In this document: one piece after another, positions 1-12,285 of the stretch
How the letters are laid out: each line of letters begins with the position of its first letter
Position numbering within the stretch: the stretch's first letter is position 1
Assembly (NCBI GenBank): GCA_950097015.1
Contig: CATNEN010000013.1
Span: 558,001 to 622,000 of the forward strand
Direction of reading: 5' to 3'
Source of the DNA: Macrostomum hystrix
Lineage: Eukaryota; Animalia; Platyhelminthes
Length of the DNA stretch: 64,000 nucleotides
The notes under the pieces: model-generated
Seen by the model: only the letters and a program-made list of their open reading frames with translations
Database searches by the model: none
What the model was told of the DNA's origin: nothing
Translations under genes and position numbers: made by a program

Positions 1-851
1 AATGATTAAATCTCAAAAGCTTTTGCATCCTAAATTGTATGTCGAAACAAATACTTTCTGGTATCGTATGCATTTTTGGCTGTATTGAAGCAATATTGAT
101 GGAGCAATCAGTTATTTGCATAAATTCAATAAATAAACATTTTAGTTCCACGTTCTTGACATTTGACCCTTGAGAGATATGTTCATGATATTTAACTTTA
201 ATTGTAGTGTAAAATTATATATTGCAAGACAATGCTGTGTCATACTTTTTTAAGGTCTTAACTATATATTTTCCATAAACTGTATATTTTACAGGAACTT
301 GCATGAACATCAGAGAATCTTATTAGTAAGCGGAGTCTGCACCATAAAGGATTTTTTAATCGTTTTGTACTTTGATGTACTACCTGCAGAACTAAAAAAT
401 AAATAAGAATGATACATTTTTTCAATTACCGACTTTTATCGTCGTTATATTAAGAATATATATGTCTATTAAGCTTCTACATCCAACGTTACAGCCGTTG
501 CGCTATGCGACCTGCTGCTGTCGGACGCCGGCATCTCGAACCATCGTGAAATAAAAATTCTGTGCAACGCTGCGCTTGCGCGCGCATTTTGACAATTTTA
601 CCCTACTTTCGGTTTTGGCCAGGATTGTTTGGCCAGACTATCGTGATAGCTCTTTATGTTTTGTGTTAACACTGCATATACCTTTCAGCAAAAAAGTACA
701 TGCAATTTAGGCGGCATTTTAGCATTTTATGCGGGTCATAAGAGCGACGAAGCTAGATCGTGCACAAAAAATGTTGAAATATTATTTTTATAAAAAAATT
801 TATCATGATGTATCTTTTTACGATTAATCTATACAAAGTCAATCAGTTCAG

Positions 852-3800
852 TCAATTCTCCATAGAATTTTGATTCTCTTGTAGCTCCTTCTCTAGCTCG
901 CGAAGATTCGTTGCCAGTTGAGGGTGCCCGGAGTATTGCAAAGCACGACTCAGGATTTGAACCTGATGGGAGAATTAAACTATTAATAAGCTGATTAAAG
1001 CTGGTTATTGTAAGTAAAACGTAGCATTGTACATGAGATTCCAGGTCTGAATAGGAAGGTTTTTATTTGAAATTTTTTTTAACAAGAAAGTATTCAAATT
1101 TTCTAGAGAATTCCAAGACGAGCTAGTCAGAAGATGCAGATATTGTCTACCAGAAACCAACGCATATCTTTATGCTCTACTAATAGATCCACGATTACAG
1201 CGGAATAAGACGCACACATAGTAATATAAAGAAATAGGTTAAGTTTTGGTGCAATCCTCACCTTGCTCTTCAACACTGGCAGTCGTTTCACCCAGGTGAT
1301 TAGCATTTCGTGAGCCATCTGCTGAGCCGAGTCATTGTTCCTTTTGATGACGGAGCAGCGCTTCCTGGAAACGTCCAGCTTCTCGGCCAGCAGTTCCCAG
1401 CTGTCGCACACGAGGTTGGACAGGTGCTTCAGGTACTCGGCGGTGACAGCGTCTGGTTATCAAAGATATTGTGCCATCATTTTGTTATGCTATCAAAAAA
1501 CTATCAAATGGTAAGTATAGTATTATCCCACAATACTGGGACTAAAGCAATCACCCTTGGCTCTGAATGAGAACGGAGTGGTCAGTGCGGACTTCACTCT
1601 TAGATCCTCCGCTGACTTCGGTATGCAGACTAGCAGGCGGGCCACGTTAACCTGCTCTGTCACCAGCATCGCAGGGCCGCTGACGCCGCTACCGCCATTC
1701 ACTCCGATCCGCTTGGCATCTCGTCCTGGCTTCAGCACGGCTGCGTCGGTGAACACTTCCAAGAAGCCGCGATACTGGTCTATAGCCCGTTGAGCGAAGC
1801 GATCCTTCTCGACAACCCTAAAAATAGTTTTTTGGAACAAGTGAAAATCTCTTCACGACGTCATCCTCCGCGCGTACGGCTTTTCAGTCCATGGACTGGG
1901 GAGACGCCACACCTACCCTCAATTGCCCCAGCTAATGTTGATACCCGTTTAACAGCTGACTAAACTGAAACAATGCAGAGTTAAGTGTCTAGCTAATGGA
2001 CATTAAATTTTCCAGTGAAGTCGGAAATCGAACCTCCGACCTTCAAGTCGTTCGTGAACCTCTAGGCTACGAACCCTGCGTGAGCAGAAACTTTCAATCC
2101 AGCCGGAAAGACTATAGGACGACCATGGACAATTGTTGAGCATGAAATTATTATGTACAAATTCTGCAGGTTGCAAAGTCGGGCCAAAGACAATATTTTC
2201 ATTTTCAACCCACACCCCAAATCGAACCAAAAACTGTTTGCCAAAAACTGATTCTTGAACGCAAACGAGTGCGTCATTGGCAAAAGCAATATGGATATTT
2301 GAAGGCCGATTTCAGACAAATGATGCACCGTTCTTAGGCCAAAGTGAAAATGATTTTCAGAGGCCGTATTTACTTCTAAAGCTAAATTACTTCATGACTC
2401 ACCTTATGAATAGGCGACCCCGCATTTGGGAGTTGAACAGCATGACAAACTCATTGTCCCCCTTTGGCGCGTCCTCGCTGACTATGTTGCCCCGGAAGCG
2501 GAGTCGGAACTGTTGCCTCTCACGAACTTTGATCTCTTCCGTTGAGCCGTACATATTCGGCTCGCTTGAATAGCCGCAGTCCTGCATGTGCCGCATGGTG
2601 CGATCCAGCTTGCTGACCATTGTGAGAGCCACCATCACCTGCAGTGCCGCGGTGCGGGTTCTGATGTAGTTAAACAAGCAAACCCATCCCCAGAGCTGCT
2701 ACCCAATCCATCCCCAGAGCTGCTACCCAATCCATCCCCAGAGCTGCTACCCAATCCATCCCCAGAGCTGCTACCCAATCCATCCCCAGAGCTGCTAGCA
2801 ATCCATCCCCAGAGCTGCTAACAATCCATCCCCAGAGCTGCTAGCAATCCATCCCCAGAGCTGCTAACAATCCATCCCCAGAGCTGCTACCCAATCCATC
2901 CCCAGAGCTGCTACCCAATCCATCCCCAGAGCTGCTACCCAATCCATCCCCAGAGCTGCTACCCAATCCATCCCCAGAGCTGCTAGCAATCCATCCCCAG
3001 AGCTGCTAACAATCCATCCCCAGAGCTGCTACCCAATCCATCCCCAGAGCTGCTACCCAATCCATCCCCAGAGCTGCTACCCAATCCATCCCCAGAGCTG
3101 CTACCCAATCCATCCCCAGAGCTGCTACCCAATCCATCCCCAGAGCTGCTACCCAATCCATCCCCAGAGCTGCTACCCAATCCATCCCCAGAGCTGCTAC
3201 CCAATCCATCCCCAGAGTTGCTACTCAATCCATCCCCAGAGCTGCTACCCAATCCATCCCCAGAGCTGCTCCTCAATCCATCCCAAGAGCTGCTAACAAT
3301 CCATCCCCAGAGCTGCTACCCAATCCATCCCCAGAGCTGCTACCCAATCCATCCCCAGAGCTGCTACCCAATCCATCCCCAGAGCTGCTACCCAATCCAT
3401 CCCCAGAGCTGCTACCCAATCCATCCCCAGAGCTGCTACCCAATCCATCCCCAGAGCTGCTACCCAATCCATCCCCAGAGCTGCTACCCAATCCATCCCC
3501 AGAGCTGCTACCCAATCCATCCCCAGAGCTGCTACCCAATCCATCCCCAGAGCTGCTACCCAATCCATCCCCAGAGCTGCTACCCAATCCATCCCCAGAG
3601 CTGCTACCCAATCCATCCCCAGAGCTGCTACCCAATCCATCCCCAGAGCTGCTACCCAATCCATCCCCAGAGCTGCTAACAATCCATCCCCAGAGCTGCT
3701 ACCAATCCATCCCTAGAGCTGCTACCCAATCCATCCCCAGAGCTGCTACCAATCCATCCCAGAGCTGCTACCCAATCCATCCCCAGAGCTGCTAACAATC

Positions 3801-6800
3801 CATCCCCAGAGCTGCTAACCAATCCATCCCCAGAGCTGCTAATCAATCCATCCCCAGAGCTGCTACCCAATCCATCCCCAGAGCTGCTAACAATCCATCC
3901 CCAGAGCTGCTAACCAATCCATCCCCAGAGCTGCTAACAATCCATCCCCAGAGCTGCTAACAATCCATCCCCAGAGCTGCTAACAATCCATCCCCAGAGC
4001 TGCCTAACAATCCATCCCCAGAGCTGCTACCCAATCCATCCCCAGAGCTGCTAACCAATCCATCCCCAGAGCTGCTACCAATCCATCCCCAGAGCTGCTA
4101 CCAATCCATCCCCAGAGCTGCTACCCAATCCATCCCCAGAGCTGCTACCCAATCCATCCCCAGAGCTGCTACCAATCCATCCCCAGAGCTGCTACCAATC
4201 CATCCCCAGAGCTGCTACCCAATCCATCCCCAGAGCTGCTACCAATCCATCCCCAGAGCTGCTACCAATCCATCCCCAGAGCTGCTACCCAATCCATCCC
4301 CAGAGCTGCTACCAATCCATCCCCAGAGCTGCTAACAATCCATCCCCAGAGCTGCTACCCAATCCATCCCCAGAGCTGCTACCCAATCCATCCCCAGAGC
4401 TGCTAACCAATCCATCCCCAGAGCTGCTACCCAATCCATCCCCAGAGCTGCTACCCAATCCATCCCCAGAGCTGCTACCAATCCATCCCCAGAGCTGCTA
4501 CCCAATCCATCCCCAGAGCTGCTACCCAATCCATCCCCAGAGCTGCTACCAATCCATCCCCAGAGCTACTACCCAATCCATCCCCAGAGCTGCTACCCAA
4601 TCCATCCCCAGAGCTGCTACCCAATCCATCCCCAGAGCTTGCTACTCAATCCATCCCCAGAGCTGCTACCCAATCCATCCCCAGAGCTGCTACCCAATCC
4701 ATCCCAGAGCTGCTACCAATCCATCCCCAGAGCTGCTACCCAATCCATCCCCAGAGCTGCTACCCAATCCATCCCCAGAGCTACTACCCAATCCATCCCC
4801 AGAGCTGCTACCCAATCCATCCCCAGAGCTGCTACCCAATCCATCCCCAGAGTTGCTACTCAATCCATCCCCAGAGCTGCTAACAATCCATCCCCAGAGC
4901 TGCTACCCAATCCATCCCCAGAGCTACTACCCAATCCATCCCCAGAGCTGCTAACAATCCATCCCCAGAGCTGCTACCCAATCCATCCCCAGAGCTACTA
5001 CCCAATCCATCCCCAGAGCTGCTACCCAATCCATCCCCAGAGTTGCTACCCAATCCATCCCCAGAGCTGCTACCCAATCCATCCCCAGAGCTGCTACCCA
5101 ATCCATCCCCAGAGCTGCTACCCAATCCATCCCCAGAGCTGCTAACAATCCATCCCCAGAGCTGCTACCCAATCCATCCCCAGAGCTACTACCCAATCCA
5201 TCCCCAGAGCTGCTACCCAATCCATCCCCAGAGTTGCTACTCAATCCATCCCCAGAGCTGCTACTCAATCCATCCCAAGAGCTGCTACCCAATCCATCCC
5301 CAGAGCTACTACCCAATCCATCCCCAGAGCTGCTAACAATCCATCCCCAGAGCTGCTAACAATCCATCCCCAGAGCTGCTAACAATCCATCCCCAGAGCT
5401 GCTAACAATCCATCCCCAGAGCTGCTAACAATCCATCCCCAGAGCTGCTAACAATCCATCCCCAGAGCTGCTAACAATCCATCCCCAGAGCTGCTAACAA
5501 TCCATCCCCAGAGCTGCTACCCAATCCATCCCCAGAGCTGCTACCCAATCCATCCCCAGAGCTGCTACCCAATCCATCCCCAGAGCTGCTACCCAATCCA
5601 TCCCCAGAGCTACTACCCAATCCATCCCCAGAGCTGCTAACAATCCATCCCCAGAGCTGCTACCCAATCCATCCCCAGAGCTACTACCCAATCCATCCCC
5701 AGAGCTGCTACCCAATCCATCCCCAGAGTTGCTACTCAATCCATCCCCAGAGCTGCTACCCAATCCATCCCCAGAGCTGCTAACAATCCATCCCCAGAGC
5801 TGCTACCCAATCCATCCCCAGAGCTACTACCCAATCCATCCCCAGAGCTGCTACCCAATCCATCCCCAGAGTTGCTACTCAATCCATCCCCAGAGCTGCT
5901 ACCCAATCCATCCCAAGAGCTACTACCCAATCCATCCCCAGAGCTGCTACCCAATCCATCCCCAGAGCTGCTACCCAATCCATCCCCAGAGCTGCTAACA
6001 ATCCATCCCCAGAGCTGCTAACAATCCATCCCCAGAGCTGCTAACAATCCATCCCCAGAGCTGCTAACAATCCATCCCCAGAGCTGCTAACAATCCATCC
6101 CCAGAGCTGCTACCCAATCCATCCCCAGAGCTACTACCCAATCCATCCCCAGAGCTGCTACCCAATCCATCCCCAGAGTTGCTACTCAATCCATCCCCAG
6201 AGCTGCTACCCAATCCATCCCCAGAGCTGCTAACAATCCATCCCCAGAGCTGCTACCCAATCCATCCCCAGAGCTACTACCCAATCCATCCCCAGAGCTG
6301 CTACCCAATCCATCCCCAGAGTTGCTACTCAATCCATCCCCAGAGCTGCTACCAATCCATCCCAAGAGCTACTACCCAATCCATCCCCAGAGCTGCTACC
6401 CAATCCATCCCCAGAGCTGCTACCCAATCCATCCCCAGAGCTGCTAACAATCCATCCCCAGAGCTGCTAACAATCCATCCCCAGAGCTGCTAACAATCCA
6501 TCCCCAGAGCTGCTACCCAATCCATCCCCAGAGCTGCTAACAATCCATCCCCAGAGCTGCTAACAATCCATCCCCAGAGCTGCTAACAATCCATCCCCAG
6601 AGCTGCTAACAATCCATCCCCAGAGCTGCTAACAATCCATCCCCAGAGCTGCTAACAATCCATCCCCAGAGCTGCTACCCAATCCATCCCCAGAGCTGCT
6701 AACAATCCATCCCCAGAGCTGCTACCCAATCCATCCTCAGAGCTGCTGACAATCCATCCCCAGAGCTGCTAACAATCCATCCCCAGAGCTACTACCAAAT

Positions 6801-9800
6801 CCACCTCTAGAGCTGCTACCCACTCCATCCCCAGAGCTACTAACAATCCTTCCCCAGAGCTGCTACCCAATCCATCCCCAGAGCTGCTACCCAATCCATC
6901 CCCAGAGCTGCTACCCAATCCATCCCCAGAGCTGCTACCAACTCCTTCCCCAGAGCTACTACTAAAACTCATCCCAGAGCATGTTACTTTGATGTGCACC
7001 CGAATCGACGGTCAAAATTTTAGCGCAGTGCAAAGTTGGTTCAAATCGTGCCGATGAATATCATTTCAGGCCATTATTTTAAATCATTGAATTTTGCTCG
7101 ACAAGTAGTTGTGTAGAGTCAACTATCATGGCTAAAAAAGTTTCCTCTCTTGTGATTTCCTAGAATTTCGGCCGAAGAAAGAAAGTTAGTACACAATCAC
7201 GACTTTCTGGAGTAGCAAAATTTCTTATTTGCTTTGGAAAGACATTGCGTAAGCTTTGAAGGAAAGTTAGAACTCAGATATTTTTGTAACGAAAAAAACA
7301 TAAATAATACATAGAATACTCACCTCCCTGAGGTTTTCCGGCTTCTGTCTGATAATGAAGCACGCAGATTTCTCCTCCGAGCTCCTCTCAATGGCGTCGC
7401 AGATCCGGCTAATCATGTCCGTGTTGAAGTCTGGCCGAATTCGGAATGCCATAAAGCTGCGGAGGGGTGGGGTTGGTGAGAGGTCAGGTTCACTCTGATA
7501 GGTCAGGCTCATTCAGAGAGGTTAGGCTCATTCAGAGAGGTCAGGCTCATTCAGAGAGGTCAGGCTCATTCAGAGAGGTCAGGCTCATTCAGAGAGGTCA
7601 GGCTCATTCAGAGAGGTCGGCTCATTCAGAGAGGTCAGGCTCATTCAGAGAGGTCGGCTCATTCAGAGAGGTCAGGCTCATTCAGAGAGGTCGGCTCATT
7701 CAGAGAGGTCAGGCTCATTCAGAGAGGTCAGGCTCATTCAGAGAGGTCAGGCTCATTCAGAGAGGTCAGGCTCATTCAGAGAGGTCAGGCTCATTCAGAG
7801 AGGTCAGGCTCATTCAGAGAGGTCAGGCTCATTCAGAGAGGTCAGGCTCATTCAGAGAGGTCGGCTCATTCAGAGAGGTCAGGCTCATTCAGAGAGGTCA
7901 GGCTCATTCAGAGAGGTCAGGCTCATTCAGAGAGGTCAGGCTCATTCAGAGAGGTCAGGCTCATTCAGAGAAGGAAAATCGTCAGTCTCACCGCCTGTCG
8001 CAGAGTTTGGTCGTCCTGAACGATACAATGTCTTTTCCTGGCTCCTCTTCGAGTTTGGCGTCTGTCAGCAGCTCCCAAGCCGTCGAACCGCCAGCTGCGC
8101 CTTCGTTGCCAACCAGAATGAGGAACTCCTCTGTGCACTCTGTGAGGTGAGATAGGCGAGAGTACAGGAAGATTACAGGTAATGAGGAGACAGGTAGAGA
8201 ATGGGGAGACAGGTAGAGAATCAGTCTAGTTCTGATTAGTTGCTATGCAGACATTTCCCAATGCCTCACTGTGGGAGTCGATCCCGAGCCGTGACAGGGC
8301 CGGCAGTTTCCCAGTCAGCGGCCTGTAGGCCAGAGCGGTGGCCAGGGCGGCGGCTTTGGGATCAGCCGCTGTGCCCGGCCTGCGCTTTCCGTTGGCGAAC
8401 TGTCCGACGCCGCCGATGCCAGCGATGCCAGCGACGCCGACCCCGGCGATTCCAACTGTTGAACTGGCTTGCGTTGAGAAGCCCACGGGATTCAAAGGCA
8501 ACGGAAAGGAGAAGACGACAGGCTTCAGCGTGTTCTTTTTTGGACTGCCTGCGTTTTGTTGACGGATTTGTGCAACATGATCATGAGCACACTGGATCAT
8601 GAGCACACTGGATCATGAGCACACTGGATCATGAGCACACTGGATCATGAGAACACTGGATCATGAGCACACTGGATCATGAGCACACTGGATCATGAGC
8701 ACACTGGATCATGAGCACACTGGATCATGAGAACACTGGATCATGAGCACACTGGATCATGAGCACACTGGATCATGAGCACACTGGATCATGAGCACAC
8801 TGGATCATGAGCACACTGGATCATGAGCACACTGGATCATGAGCACACTGGATCATGAGCACACTGGATCATGAGCACACTGGATCATGAGCACACTGGA
8901 TCATGAGCACACTGGATCATGAGCACACTGGATCATGAGCACACTGGATCATGAGCACACTGGATCATGAGCACACTGGATCATGAGCACACTGGATCAT
9001 GAGCACACTGGATCATGAGCACACTGGATCATGAGCACACTGGATCATGAGCACACTGGATCATGAGCACAATCATGAAGAAGGTAAAAAGTCTCACAGT
9101 GCTGAACAACTGAGCTGCAGGTGAGCAGGCCCTTAGTCTCCTTAGGCAGGCTGGTCTTCACCATGGCGAGCGTGGCCGAGTCGATGGGCTGCACCTCAAT
9201 CGCCTGGTCCAACTGTACCTTCACAGCCTCCTCGGGCACTGTGAGGCAGACCCGGCTGTCCACGGAGCTGCTGTATCGAAGGCCACCTCGGCCCAGTCGG
9301 AAGCGGTCGGTCCGGAGCTTATTGGCCGGCACAGCGATCACCGAGTCCTGATCCGACCGGAGCCTGGCCTCCACCCATCTGGCCTGGAAATCCAGGCCTT
9401 CAATATGCGTCTCAGACGATGGCAGCTCTGTCCAGGCTTCATCATGCAGCACCTGAGTTTGTAAATATATAGATTCGTAAATTTAATTACTACTTCCTTG
9501 GTTTTGGTTTTCATGGCCGTTGGTTGAATATTTTGGGAGATATTTGAAATACCACCGCGATCTTTCTACAGCTAAGAGCAGAGATGTGCTCAAGCAGACG
9601 GACTCACGTAGATAACGGTCTCCCGAGACGCCACTCTCTGAGCACAGTGCGGCATCAGTATAAACATATGCTGTCTAGCAAGTTGATTCCTATTGGCCGA
9701 ATCGATTGGTAATTCCAGACGGACAGCGTTGCCAACCAGTTCGGCGGTGGGCGGAAGGCCGCCAAGGGGGAGCCGGTGCAGTGGCAGCAGGGTGCAGGTG

Positions 9801-11903
9801 GCGCCAGTGCCGGCCAGACGACTCTCCGAGGCCCGCAAAGCGCAGCCGTAGCCGCCGAAGTCGTAGAACTCGCCAGAGGTGGCAGCGTCAGCCGACGATT
9901 TGTTGACGGCTTCGAGCACGATTGGCCGCCAAAGCCGATCATCTTCCTCTTTTTCCTCGTTGGTAGCGTTAACTGTCGCTGTTGAAGCTGTTGCAGCTGC
10001 GGCTGCCGCGGCCTCCTCCTCCAAGCGCTGCCGGCGTCGGAGTTCTTCGGCGCGACACTGAGCCGCTTCCTCCGCCGCTGCCACCGCTGCCGCCGCGGCC
10101 GCCTCAGCTACCGCCTCTAACTGCAGCCGCTCAGCTTCTCTTCGTTCTTCGGCCCGCCGCTGCGGAGATCAGAAAAAACTGATTCAAAAATACACTTTCC
10201 CGTTGTTTCCTTGAACTGCTCTCGTGTGACTGTTTCCCTGGCAGTTTCCCTGGCAGTTTCCCTGGCAGTTTCCATAGCAGTTTCCCTGGCAGTTTCCCTG
10301 GCAGTTTCCATAGCAGTTTCCTAAATAGTTTCCGTATCAGTTTCCATAGCAGTTTCTCCAACAGTTTTCCTGGCAGTTTCCCTAGCAGTTTCCCTATCGT
10401 TTCGCTAGCAGTTTCTCCAGCAGTTTCCCTAGCAGTTTCCCTAGCAGTTTCCCTATCGTTTCGCTAGCAGTTTCTCCAGCAGTTTCCCTATCAGTTTCCC
10501 TATCAGTTTCCCTAGCAGTTTCCCTATCAGTTTCGCTAGCAGTTTTCCTATCAGTTTCCCTAGCAGTTTCCCTATCAGTTTCCCTAGCAGTTTCCCTATC
10601 AGTTTCGCTAGCAGTTTCCCTAGCAGTTTCCCTAGCAGTTTCCCTATCAGTTTCCCTATAAGTTTCCCTAGCAGTTTCCCTATCAGTTTCCCTATCAGTT
10701 TCCCTATCAGTTTCGCTAGCAGTTTCGCTAGCAGTTTCCCTATCAGTTTCCCTAGCAGTTTCCCTAGCAGTTTCCCTAGCAGTTTCCCTATCAGTTTCCC
10801 TGTCAGTTTCCCTATCAGTTTTGCTAGCAGTTTCCCTATCTGTTTCCCTATCAGTTTCGCTAGCAGTTTCCCTATCAGTTTCCCTATCAGTTTCGCTAGC
10901 AGTTTCGCTAGCAGTTTCCCTATCAGTTTCCCTAGCAGTTTCCCTATCAGTTTCCCTATCAGTTTCCCTATCAGTTTCCCTATCAGTTTCCCTATCAGTT
11001 TTGCTAGCAGTTTCCCTATCTGTTTCCCTATCAGTTTCGCTAGCAGTTTCCCTATCAGTTTCCCTATCAGTTTCGCTAGCAGTTTCGCTAGCAGTTTCCC
11101 TATCAGTTTCCCTAGCAGTTTCCCTATCAGTTTCCCTATCAGTTTCCCTATCAGTTTCCCTATCAGTTTCCCTATCAGTTTTGCTAGCAGTTTCCCTATC
11201 AGTTTCCCTATCAGTTTCGCTAGCAGTTTCCCTAGCAGTTTCCCTATCAGTTTCGCTAGCAGTTTCCCTAGCAGTTTCCCTAGCAGCTTCCCTAGCAGTT
11301 TCCCAAGCAGTTTCCCTATCAGTTTCGATAGCCGTTTCCCTAGCAGTTTCCCTAGCAGTTTCCCTAGCAGTTTCCCTATCACTTTCGCTAGCAGTTTCCC
11401 TATCAGTTTCGCTAGCAGTTTCTCCGGCAGTTTACTTATCAGCTTCCATAGCAGTTTCTCCAGCAGTTTCTCTTCGTCTTTGCTTTCAGACTCACCGCGG
11501 CTTTCTCCGCTTCTGCAGCAGCCTTTTCAGCCCTCAGTCGCTCCTTTTCAGCGGCGGCCGACGCCTCCGTCAAGTTCATCGCCAGAGCGTCAAAGTGCTG
11601 GGCTAAAACACGCATGGAGTCGGCCAGTTCGGTCGCAGCCTTCGACGCCAAGGCGAGATCGCTCTCAGCCTCGGACACGTCAACGATTGTCAGTAATTGA
11701 CGTCGCACTGATTCCACAGCTCGACTGGCCGCGCCAGACAGCGCATTGTTGGCATCAGTGATGGCCCGCAGACTCTGCACAAAGAGCCCCAGCCGCTGTT
11801 CCAGACTGTCATGCTCGTCATCAACTAGTTGTCGGACAGCTTCGTCCAGGAACGCGTCCGCCCATCCTTGCCCATGAAGGTCCAGGCAGCTTGGACCTGA
11901 CAT
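852..11903 (-). CDS. DTHD1: ZU5/UPA-like plus C-terminal death domain protein (DTHD1-like), 10 coding exons, about 891 aa, with an Ala/Glu-rich coiled-coil N-terminal region
   Basis: Exons 11903-11496, 10159-9608, 9452-9098, 8548-8270, 8139-7992, 7456-7324, 2638-2403, 1817-1555, 1452-1262 and 962-852. All junctions are GT-AG with matching phases; total 2676 nt, divisible by 3, ending TGA at 852-854. ZU5-like motifs (ELVGNAVRLE, GGLRYSSSVDSRVCLTVPEEAV, KPVVFSFPLP), UPA-like RFRGNI and DRFAQRAIDQYRGFLEVF, death-domain-like SWELLAEKLDVSRKRCSVIKRNN...EMLITWVKR. The family name is recalled from domain architecture, not searched. Confidence 0.85.
1872..2002 (-). mobile_element. 5'-truncated copy of CORE-like SINE family B, inside DTHD1-like intron 7
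   Basis: Reverse complement tgtccattagctagacacttaactctgcattgtttcagtttagtcagctgttaaacggg...gtgtggcgtctccccagtccatggactgaaaagccgtacgc aligns by eye along about 130 bp with 12140-12280. Confidence 0.75.
2684..6980. repeat. 24-bp minisatellite CCCAATCCATCCCCAGAGCTGCTA with 23-bp variants, about 4.3 kb (roughly 180 units), in DTHD1-like intron 6
   Basis: Period 24 read directly (2701 to 2725); source of the NPSPELLP, SSSGDGLG and AALGMDWV ORFs. Confidence 0.98.
7478..7970. repeat. 19-bp minisatellite CAGGCTCATTCAGAGAGGT with 18-bp variants, in DTHD1-like intron 5
   Basis: Period 19 (7561 to 7580). Confidence 0.97.
8576..9072. repeat. 16-bp minisatellite TCATGAGCACACTGGA, about 31 nearly identical units, in DTHD1-like intron 3
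   Basis: Period 16 (8581 to 8597). Confidence 0.97.
10230..11470. repeat. 12-bp minisatellite CAGTTTCCCTA(G/T), about 100 units, in DTHD1-like intron 1
   Basis: Direct reading; gives the KLIG/KLLG and VSLS ORFs. Confidence 0.97.
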
Positions 11904-12074
11904 GACCTTAATAATACAAGTGTAATAACAAAATAATAGCATTCACTATCTGAGGCTGTGTGAACCACAGATACTAAATACTTAGTATTTATATAGTATC
12001 TGTGTGATGTGAACTGACGCAACTCACACACATGGATAAGTACACAGACGCAGATTCATAGAGGTGTTTAGGGC

Positions 12075-12285
12075 GGGGGTTGGGGTGTCGGACTCAAGAC
12101 TTGAAGGTCGGGGGTTCGATTCCTGAAACCACTGGTAAAATCTGTGCCCATTAGCAAGACACTTAAATATGCATTGCTTCAGTTCACTCAGCTGTTAAAT
12201 GGGTAACCAGCATCAGCTGGGGTAATTTAGGGTGGGTGTGGCGTCCCTCCCCAGTCCATGGACTGAACAGCCGTACGCTACTTTA
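12075..12285 (+). mobile_element. tRNA-headed SINE with CORE-like central domain (family B, copy 1)
   Basis: B-box GGTTCGATTCC at about 12113, then tgtgcccattagcaagacacttaa...cttcagttcactcagctgttaaatggg, which resembles the MIR/CORE core. The tail gtgtggcgtccctccccagtccatggactgaacagccgtacgc is shared with 1872-2002. Confidence 0.7.

Noticed and set aside
10453-11382. 309-aa KLIG/KLLG amphipathic-looking ORF
   Set aside because: It lies within DTHD1-like intron 1, bounded by a GTGAGT donor and a cag acceptor that join exons in phase. Read-through from exon 1 stops at 11439, and the exon 2 frame has TGA just upstream of the acceptor.
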